Source of the DNA: a virus
Lineage: Duplodnaviria > Caudoviricetes
Strand: one strand, 5' to 3'
IMG/VR virus record: IMGVR_UViG_3300031949_000085
Coordinates: 1-41,200 of that record
DNA: 41,200 nt
Shown: positions 34,869 through 41,200 of the stretch, one piece after another
Position numbering within the stretch: the first letter of the stretch is position 1
How the letters are laid out: each line of letters starts with the position of its first letter
Notes under the pieces: generated by a model
Told to the model about the DNA's origin: nothing
Databases searched by the model: none
What the model saw: only the letters and a program-made list of their open reading frames with translations
Program-made: the position numbers and the translations under genes

Positions 34869-36875
34869 TCACTCGCGCCAGCGGTCCACCCAGCCGCGGC
34901 GCTGGCGCTGGGGGAACGCGCGGCCGGGCTCGCGCAGGGTGCCGGTCGCCGGCGGCGACCCCTCGCCGCCCTCCTTCTTCCCGGTCGGCTTCGAGAACTT
35001 CTCCGCGCGGCTCGCGAGGTCGCGGACAAACGGCTGGCCGAGGATGTAGAGCGCCGCCAGGGCGTAGACCTCGAGGTCGAGCGCCTCGTTCCGCGGCCGG
35101 ATCTGGAGCCACACGCGGGCGAGCCCGCGGCCCTTGACGTACTTGCGCACCGCCTTCTCCGCGGTGAGCTGCTCGAGGTACTCGTCGTCGACCCAGTCGG
35201 GCAGGTGCATGAACCCGGGGCCCGGTCCGCGGACCTGGAGCCGCGAGACCACGGCCTCCTTCCCCGAGTCGACGCACAGCACGAAGAGCGGCAGGTTGTA
35301 CCGATTCTTCCGCGACGGCCGGTCGACCAGCGGGCGCCCGGCGAAGCTGCCGCCCTTGATGCCGAAGACGCCGTGCGAGAGCCGCGCCGTGCAGTAGCGG
35401 TACGCCTCCTCGGTGTTGGCGCCGCCGGTGTCCACGACCACGCGCTCGAGCTGGAGCTGGCGGCCGCTCGCGTGCGGGAACGAGCGCGCGAGGTAGCGGT
35501 CCAGCTCGAACCATGGTCCCGGGGTGCGCGCGATCTTCGCCGCCGGGACCGTCGGCGCCGAGGTGTCGCCGTCGATCCGATGGTAGTCGATCAGCCACGA
35601 CTCCTCGCCGGCGCCGTAGCCCTTGACCACGACCTCGAGGCGGTCGGGGTGGACGTCGACCGCGCCGACTAGGACGCCGACCCCGTGCGGGACGTGGCCG
35701 CGCTCGGGCCAGCCCCGCTGCCCGGGCTCGAGGCGGGCGCAGCGCCGGCGCAGGACGTGGGGCTCGACGGAGTCGCCGCGCTCCTCCCAGGTCTCGCCGA
35801 GCGTCTGGTTCACCCAGCTCTTCAGCGCGACGGGGTCGTTCTTGGCCTTCACGAACTTGCGCACGCACTCGGCCCACGACTTCCACCCGACCGGCGAGTA
35901 GAGGCCCGACAGGTGGAACCCCACGGTCATGCCGTCGCCGACCGGCCGGCCCTCCTCGTCGAGCGTCGGGCGCCACTCGCCGGCGCGCAGCATGGCGGTC
36001 TTGTGGCGCTCCTCGACCACCTTCGCGCAGCCGCCGCAGACCATGTGCGCGGTGTCCGGGCGGCCCTCGCGCCACTCGATCCGGTGGTGCGATCCCTCGT
36101 CGCTCGAGGCGAGCCAATCGCGGCCGTTCCAGGTGAGGTAGTCCATCCGGTCGCAGTGCGGACACGGCAGGTGGTAGCGCCGCTGGTCGCTGCGCTCGAG
36201 GTAGTGCTTCTCGATCTTCGATACGCCGCGCACCGTCGGCGTCGACACCATGAAGATCTTGCGCACGCCCTCGAACGTGCCGGTGCGCTCCTCGGCCAGC
36301 TCGATCGGGTCGCCCTGGCCGTCGACATCGCTCGGGTAGTCGTCGACCTCGTCGAAGAAGAGGTCGCGCACCGGCATCGACCGCAGGCCGGCGGAGGAGT
36401 TCGCGCCGGCCATCAGGAACACGCCGCCCTCGTACTCCTTCGTGAAGAGCGTGTTGCCGGAGTCCCTCGAGCGCGGCTCGCCGATCGCATCGCGCAGCAC
36501 GCGCGAGGCCCGGATCATCGGCGCCACGCGCTGCTTCGAGACCTTGGTCGCGACCAGGCTGGTCGGCAGGACCATCAGCATCGGGCCCGGGTTGCGGTGG
36601 ATCGTGAACCCGATCCAGTTGTTGCCGGCCTCGGTCCCGCCGACCTGGGCGCCCTTCATGAACACTACCCGCTCGATCCTGCTCTGCGGCGAGAGCGCCT
36701 CCATGACTTCGCGCAGGTAGGGCGTGCGGGAGGTGCGCCAGCGCCCCGGCTCGCGCGCGGACACTCCCGTCAGCTCGCGGTGCTCGTCGGCCCACTCCGC
36801 GACCGTGAGCCGGCGCTCGCGCCGGAACCCGACGGCGTAGGCCTCGCGGACGAGCTGCTCGATCGCGGCGCTCAC
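34869..36875 (-). CDS. Terminase large subunit (lambda GpA family)
   Basis: TVAEWAD, PGRWRTSRTPYLRE, FMKGAQVGGTE, FFDEVDDYP, STPT, PCPHC, NQTLGETW, RNEALDLEVYA. Confidence 0.97.
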   Translation of the reverse strand: MSAAIEQLVREAYAVGFRRERRLTVAEWADEHRELTGVSAREPGRWRTSRTPYLREVMEALSPQSRIERVVFMKGAQVGGTEAGNNWIGFTIHRNPGPMLMVLPTSLVATKVSKQRVAPMIRASRVLRDAIGEPRSRDSGNTLFTKEYEGGVFLMAGANSSAGLRSMPVRDLFFDEVDDYPSDVDGQGDPIELAEERTGTFEGVRKIFMVSTPTVRGVSKIEKHYLERSDQRRYHLPCPHCDRMDYLTWNGRDWLASSDEGSHHRIEWREGRPDTAHMVCGGCAKVVEERHKTAMLRAGEWRPTLDEEGRPVGDGMTVGFHLSGLYSPVGWKSWAECVRKFVKAKNDPVALKSWVNQTLGETWEERGDSVEPHVLRRRCARLEPGQRGWPERGHVPHGVGVLVGAVDVHPDRLEVVVKGYGAGEESWLIDYHRIDGDTSAPTVPAAKIARTPGPWFELDRYLARSFPHASGRQLQLERVVVDTGGANTEEAYRYCTARLSHGVFGIKGGSFAGRPLVDRPSRKNRYNLPLFVLCVDSGKEAVVSRLQVRGPGPGFMHLPDWVDDEYLEQLTAEKAVRKYVKGRGLARVWLQIRPRNEALDLEVYALAALYILGQPFVRDLASRAEKFSKPTGKKEGGEGSPPATGTLREPGRAFPQRQRRGWVDRWRE

Positions 36876-37414
36876 TTGTGACCGTTCGTGGACGGTGCCG
36901 GCTCAGCGAGTCGGTCGCAGATCCGGTCCATCTCCTCCTGGAGCACGCGCGTGGCGTCCGCCGGCGTGAGCCCCGAGACCTCGGGCCCCAGGCGCCGCGG
37001 GACCCCCTGGAGCAGGTCCTTGATCTCGCGCGAGACGTTCACGCAGTGCTTCCGGACCTCCTCGGTGTCGATCGTCTTCCCCTGCTGGCGCTCCAGCTCG
37101 AGCTGGAGGAGCCGGGCCTGGATGCTCTCCCGCACCGCGCGGGCCCGATGCCACTCGGCGCTCATGCTCCCGACCTCTTCCGCGGGCTCCGCGGGCTCCA
37201 CTCGGGGTGCCCTGTGCCTGGTCGGCGCCTGGGCCTCGGATCGGTGGCGCTTGGTGTGCAGCGTGTTCTCGCGCCACGCGCGCTTGCCGGCCACCGGGTC
37301 GATCGTGCCGTCGGCGTTCAATCGGATGCGCTTCGAGTCGCGCGCCTTCTGCACCGCCTTGATGGTGACGCCCATGAGGCGCGCGAACGCGCGCAGCTTG
37401 ATGCCAGCGGCCAC
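36872..37414 (-). CDS. Terminase small subunit (Nu1-like)
   Basis: N-terminal HTH (FARLMGVTIKAVQKA), coiled coil, directly upstream of TerL. Confidence 0.85.
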   Translation of the reverse strand: MAAGIKLRAFARLMGVTIKAVQKARDSKRIRLNADGTIDPVAGKRAWRENTLHTKRHRSEAQAPTRHRAPRVEPAEPAEEVGSMSAEWHRARAVRESIQARLLQLELERQQGKTIDTEEVRKHCVNVSREIKDLLQGVPRRLGPEVSGLTPADATRVLQEEMDRICDRLAEPAPSTNGHK

Positions 37415-37417
37415 GGA

Positions 37418-38713
37418 TCATCGTCCCGGCCGGCTGGCGGAGCGCTCGGCCGCGAGCTGTTCAAACGTCCGCCCGCTCCCCTCCAGCTTGGCCGCCAGCT
37501 TGGTCGCCTTCTGCCACCGGAGCACGGCGACGTCGCAGAATCGCCGGTCGATCTCCCACGCGAAGCAGCGCCGCCCGGTCTCCTGGGCCGCGATCACCGT
37601 CGTACCCGAGCCGAGGAAGAAGTCGAGCACCAGGCCGCCGGCCGCGGTCGAGTTCTCGAGCGCGCGCTTCACAAGGTCGACCGGCTTCTGCGCGTTGTGC
37701 TCGCGGCCGACGCCGCCCTTGCGGCTCGCCGGCGGGACGCGGCTCACGCGCCAGATGTTCGCGTCGTGGACGCCGCGGCCGCCGGTCATCTTCTGCGTCA
37801 TGTTCTTCCGCAGCGGCATCACCCACGCGAACAGCATCAGCTCGTGGTTGTTGGTGTAGTTCCCGCCGAGCCCGAACCCGCCCTTGTCCCAGACGATCAT
37901 GTTCTTCGGGACGATGCCCGTGCCCTTGGCGACCTCCCACCAGGATGGGTAGCTGCGCCAGTCGCAACAGACGTAGACGTGCGCGAACGGCCGGCAGGTC
38001 ACAACCGCGGCCGCGAGTATGTCGCGGAAGAAGGGGCGGACCATCTTGTCGTCGGTGATGTCCGAGGCGATGCCGGTGCTGCTGCCGTAGATCGCATAGG
38101 GCGGGTCGGTGAACACCGCGTCGGCCCGCGCCTTCCCCATCAGCCGGCGCAGGCTGTCGGGCTTCGTCGAGTCCAGGCACGCGATGCGGTGCTCGCCCAG
38201 GTGCCAGACCTCGCCCTCGCGCGTGACCGGCTGCGCGAGCGGCTCCGGCAGCTCCGGCTCGACGTCGCCCTTCTTCCCGTCCAGCGCGTCGGCGCCCGGG
38301 AGCGAGTCCAGGATCTTGCGCGCCTCGGAGTCCGAGAACGCGAGCGCCTTGAGGTCCCAGCCCTTGGAGCGGAGCCACCGCGCCTCGCGGCGCAGCAGCC
38401 GGGCGTCCCATTCGCCCTCGAGCGTGAGCCGGTTGTCGGCCACGCGGTAGGCGCGCTTCTGGCCCTCGTCCAGGTGGCGGTGCTGGAGCACCGGCACGCG
38501 CGCGAGCGCCAGGAGCCGCGCGGCCGCGAGCCGGCGGTGGCCGGCCAGGACCACGCCCAGCTCGTCGACCTCGATCGGCTTCAGGAAGCCGACGGTGCTG
38601 ATGAACTCGGCGAGGCGGCGCACTTCGTCGTCCGAGTGCAACCGCGGGTTGTGCGGGTAGGGCTTGACGCGGCCGACCGGCCACAGCGCGATCTTGAGCT
38701 GGCGGACGGTCAC
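37418..38713 (-). CDS. ParB/Srx-fused N6/N4 DNA methyltransferase
   Basis: PYPHNPRLH, AGHRRL, YRVADNRL; HRIACLDST, FTDPPY, HNAQKPV, VLDFFLGSGTT. Confidence 0.93.
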   Translation of the reverse strand: MTVRQLKIALWPVGRVKPYPHNPRLHSDDEVRRLAEFISTVGFLKPIEVDELGVVLAGHRRLAAARLLALARVPVLQHRHLDEGQKRAYRVADNRLTLEGEWDARLLRREARWLRSKGWDLKALAFSDSEARKILDSLPGADALDGKKGDVEPELPEPLAQPVTREGEVWHLGEHRIACLDSTKPDSLRRLMGKARADAVFTDPPYAIYGSSTGIASDITDDKMVRPFFRDILAAAVVTCRPFAHVYVCCDWRSYPSWWEVAKGTGIVPKNMIVWDKGGFGLGGNYTNNHELMLFAWVMPLRKNMTQKMTGGRGVHDANIWRVSRVPPASRKGGVGREHNAQKPVDLVKRALENSTAAGGLVLDFFLGSGTTVIAAQETGRRCFAWEIDRRFCDVAVLRWQKATKLAAKLEGSGRTFEQLAAERSASRPGR

Positions 38714-39270
38714 CACGCCTCCTCCGTCTTCCCGACCGCGGTGCCCTTGTGGATCACCACCGACGGGGCGCGCCGGTATGGCTCGAGGAGGCGGCGCAGT
38801 CGGTCGCGGGCGCCCGGGTGGTTCCACTCCCGGCACAGCCCGCTCGGGTGCGGCACCCGCAGTATGGAGCCGCTGCGCTCCCACGTCTCCAGCGGCCGGC
38901 CGGCCGCCTCGACCCCGAGGTTGCGCATCATGTTGGCGGCCGCTTGGGAAAACGCGCCGGCGACGCGACCCCCCAGCAGCACCACGTCGACCCCGTATTC
39001 GCTGGCCTCGACCATCAGGACCGCGGCCGCGCCCCGGACCCGCGGCGCCGACCAGCCCTCCCCGTTCACCAAGTTCGAGCGCCAGAAGCTGGCGAGGTAC
39101 TCGGCTTCGCTCCAGCCGAGTAGGCCGAGCAGCCGCGCCCCGGCGCTCGCCGGCGGCCACGGCAGGAGCGCGCACGCCGGGTCCCGCGAGTAGGGGTTCG
39201 ACTCGCCCACCAGGAGGGCGCGCGCGCCGAGCGGTCGCGGGTTCGGCTGGACCCAGCTCGCCGGCGTCAC
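38710..39270 (-). CDS. Uracil-DNA glycosylase superfamily protein
   Basis: LLVGESNP, SAGARL, NL, VVLLGGRVA, PHPSGLCREWN. Confidence 0.75.
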   Translation of the reverse strand: MTPASWVQPNPRPLGARALLVGESNPYSRDPACALLPWPPASAGARLLGLLGWSEAEYLASFWRSNLVNGEGWSAPRVRGAAAVLMVEASEYGVDVVLLGGRVAGAFSQAAANMMRNLGVEAAGRPLETWERSGSILRVPHPSGLCREWNHPGARDRLRRLLEPYRRAPSVVIHKGTAVGKTEEAW

Positions 39271-39878
39271 GGCCGCGGCCCCGGGTTCGCCCGCCACGAG
39301 CCGATGAAGACATCCCACGCCGTCAGGAAGTAGCGCAGCGCGCGCGACGGTTCGAGCGGCAGGATTTTGACCACGTCGGGCACGATCGCCTGCTCGTCCT
39401 GGCGCCACGGCCACGCGCTCGAGTCCGCCATCAGGTCGCGCCGCTCGGTCACGAGCGCGACGTCGTCGGCGCGCTTGACCTCCTCGAGGTCGGCGAACTC
39501 CGTCAGCGGCTCGAGGCCGCAGTGCGCGAGGATCGCCGCCAGGACGCGGTCTTCCACGCGCGAGAACTTGTCGCCGATCGTCCGCTTGAGCGGCCGGACC
39601 ATGTCGCCGACGTAGGCCTCGGCCGCGTCGTGCAGCAGCGCGTGCATCGCGAGCCGGCTCGGCACGAGCTGGGCCACGAGCACGGAGTGCTGCGCGACCG
39701 AGTAGAACTCGCGGGTGTGCCCGCCGAATCGGCACAGGTTTGAGAGCGCGTGCGCGATGTCGCCCACATCGACGTCCTCGGGCCTCGGGTCGAGGGGCCA
39801 GAAGCGCTTGCCGCTGGCAGTCAGCATCCACCCGTGCGCCGGGCGCTCGAGGCCGGACCGCATCGTCGAATAGCTCAC
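39267..39878 (-). CDS. HD-domain phosphohydrolase (YfdR/YfbR-like)
   Basis: DIAHALSNLCRFGGH, YSVAQHSV, ALLHDAAEAYVGD, VKRAD. Confidence 0.92.
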   Translation of the reverse strand: MSYSTMRSGLERPAHGWMLTASGKRFWPLDPRPEDVDVGDIAHALSNLCRFGGHTREFYSVAQHSVLVAQLVPSRLAMHALLHDAAEAYVGDMVRPLKRTIGDKFSRVEDRVLAAILAHCGLEPLTEFADLEEVKRADDVALVTERRDLMADSSAWPWRQDEQAIVPDVVKILPLEPSRALRYFLTAWDVFIGSWRANPGPRP

Positions 39879-40084
39879 GCGGGCCTCCCAGGCAGCGCGC
39901 CGTGCTCCCGCGGGCGTTCGAGCAGCTCGCGCGCGAACTCCGCCTGCTCGAGGTCCTCGCGGACCGCGACGCGGTGGACGAACACCTCGCACTCCACGCC
40001 GTCGTCACTCTTTCCGATCCAGCGCCGGCACACCACGCCGCGCACCGAGACCAGGTCGCCGGTCGATTCGATCGAGAGCCTCAT
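39875..40084 (-). CDS. Small phage hypothetical protein
   Basis: MRLSIESTGDLVSVRGVVCRRWIG...EVFVHRVAV; ATGA-coupled. Confidence 0.65.
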   Translation of the reverse strand: MRLSIESTGDLVSVRGVVCRRWIGKSDDGVECEVFVHRVAVREDLEQAEFARELLERPREHGALPGRPA

Positions 40085-40551
40085 GCGAGTTTCACCGGCC
40101 GCCCGGCGGCCTCGCTCACGCGCTCCTCGTACAGTCGGCACTCGGCCTCGGCCGCCTCGGTTACGGCGCGCGTGTACTCCAGCTCGGAGAACACGCCCTT
40201 CTCGATGAGCAGCTTCGCGAGCCCGGAGTGCTCAGACATCGCCGAGTTGACGCCGACGCGCAGGTGCTTGGCCTCGCACTCGATGCGCTCCGGGTGCCGG
40301 CCCTCGAGCAGGAACGCGACCCCCGACTGCATCCCGTGGAGCGCCGTCAGGTAGCGGCCTCTCAGCTCGAGCAGCTCTATAGCTTCGCGGTTCCGCCCGG
40401 CCATATGTCCTTCTCGTTGATCGTCCACGCCTTCCTCCTCCAGTCCGACCGACACGTACAGCGGGCGGATGCGATCGAAGACCACCAGCCCACCGGGTTC
40501 CTCGTGCGACTCGTCCACGATGAAGCCTATCTCAGCGGTCCCGACCTTCAC
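40081..40551 (-). CDS. Phage hypothetical protein (KHLRVGVNSAM motif); alternative start ATG 40404
   Basis: HGMQSGVA...KHLRVGVNSAM...LLIEKGVF.E.EY; AAGGA RBS before 40404. Confidence 0.7.
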   Translation of the reverse strand: MKVGTAEIGFIVDESHEEPGGLVVFDRIRPLYVSVGLEEEGVDDQREGHMAGRNREAIELLELRGRYLTALHGMQSGVAFLLEGRHPERIECEAKHLRVGVNSAMSEHSGLAKLLIEKGVFSELEYTRAVTEAAEAECRLYEERVSEAAGRPVKLA

Positions 40552-40760
40552 GCGCCCTCCGAGCGCTTCAGCAGGTCGAGCCACTCCGCGATCGTGTTCG
40601 GGTGCCAGTCGTCCGGGAACGATGCGTACACCGTGGCGCCCGGCGCCATGCTCGCGATGTTCTGCTTGTCCTTGTCGGTCAGGATGACGGCGACCGGCCA
40701 GCGCTGGCCGTCGGTGACTAGTCCGGGCGACGCCTGGTCTTTGTACCTCGCGATCTTCAC
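40548..40760 (-). CDS. Hypothetical protein
   Basis: GTGA-coupled, 70 aa. Confidence 0.55.
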   Translation of the reverse strand: MKIARYKDQASPGLVTDGQRWPVAVILTDKDKQNIASMAPGATVYASFPDDWHPNTIAEWLDLLKRSEGA

Positions 40761-40963
40761 TCCGGCCCCCCATCGAGCGGCTCGACGTCGCCGCGGTCCG
40801 CGTTCTCGATGTCCTCGTTCGCCGCGGCGAGCGCGGCGTCGACGTGCTCGCGCACGGCCTCGAGGCCCTCGGCGTAGTCCTCGATCGAGCATTTGACCGC
40901 GCTCGCCTGGTCCACGCCGCGCACCGACACCAGGTCTCCGGTCGACTCGATCGAGAGCCTCAT
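40757..40963 (-). CDS. Hypothetical protein sharing its N-terminus with 39875-40084
   Basis: MRLSIESTGDLVSVRGV then unrelated acidic helix. Confidence 0.55.
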   Translation of the reverse strand: MRLSIESTGDLVSVRGVDQASAVKCSIEDYAEGLEAVREHVDAALAAANEDIENADRGDVEPLDGGPE

Positions 40964-41200
40964 CCGAGTTTCACCGGCCGCTCGGCGACCTCCGCTCCGA
41001 CGTCCGTTCGCTGCTGCGGCCACGTCGCGAGGTGTTGGCCGGGCGAGAGGCTGCCGGCACTGATGACCTGCTGGGATACGATGTCGGCTTTGTAGCCCTT
41101 GAGCGCGCAGCCGATCTCCAGCACGAGCGGCAGGAACCCCTGGAGTTTGTGTTCGACGTCCCCGCGCCAGTCGCCCTCGCAGAGCGACCCGAACGCCCTG
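40960..41200 (-). CDS. Partial CDS entering from right edge (...AEVAERPVKLG)
   Basis: Manually read open frame ending at TGA 40960, overlapping the next ATG. Confidence 0.55.
   Translation of the reverse strand, partial: RAFGSLCEGDWRGDVEHKLQGFLPLVLEIGCALKGYKADIVSQQVISAGSLSPGQHLATWPQQRTDVGAEVAERPVKLG

Larger units (their letters stand above)
40033..40997. repeat. Two ~80-bp direct repeats (40033-40117 and 40912-40997)
   Basis: Manual alignment gives about six mismatches; each copy spans a stop/start junction. Confidence 0.9.
1..41200 (-). mobile_element. Lambda-like siphovirus genome or prophage (ends not visible)
   Basis: Terminase, portal, protease-capsid, tail tube, tape measure, tail tip, amidase and holin, all co-oriented; no host housekeeping genes or att/integrase in the window. 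Confidence 0.95.

Noticed and set aside
336-39743. Many long plus-strand ORFs (e.g. 11876-14605, 16872-19085, 36878-39193)
   Set aside because: Antisense shadows of recognisable minus-strand genes in high-GC DNA; no family motifs
39267-39878. HD protein as DatZ of a Z-base genome
   Set aside because: No purZ/mazZ or polymerase in the window; looks like the common prophage YfdR-type
8143-40997. Diversity-generating retroelement (fibre repeats or 40033/40912 pair as TR/VR)
   Set aside because: No reverse transcriptase seen; mismatches are not adenine-specific
1-41200. Frequent CTCGAG hexamers
   Set aside because: Mostly in-frame Leu-Glu preferred codons; enrichment cannot be shown without counting
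1-41200. Integrase, att sites, tRNA genes
   Set aside because: None recognisable; prophage versus free phage cannot be decided from this window

Overview
The whole 41.2 kb window is one very GC-rich (visually ~70-75%) lambda-like siphovirus or prophage. Essentially every real gene is on the minus strand, many joined by ATGA/GTGA overlaps. In transcription order (right to left): small accessory genes, HD-domain nucleotidase, UDG-superfamily protein, ParB-fused DNA methyltransferase, terminase small and large (GpA-type) subunits; a ~7.4 kb accessory island with its own promoters (LexA DNA-binding domain, Spo11/TopoVI-A-like 'mini-A', frameshifted Dam methylase, ~20 small ORFs); then gpW-like, portal, protease-capsid fusion, head-tail, tail tube, frameshifting chaperone, tape measure, tail tip and fibre genes; a lysis module; and a promoter-led early cassette (Cro-like HTH, DUF1064-like nuclease, DnaA domain IV, tandem CsrA, HNH, Rmf-like, displaced gpZ-like). 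No integrase, helicase/primase, tRNA or CRISPR was seen. The most striking signal is at 3241-3716: a stand-alone DnaA domain IV gene runs into eight DnaA boxes. The array ends in the tandem-box / GC spacer / DnaA-trio layout of a bacterial oriC unwinding element, suggesting a phage-borne oriC mimic. All family calls are from visual motif recognition, not database searches.
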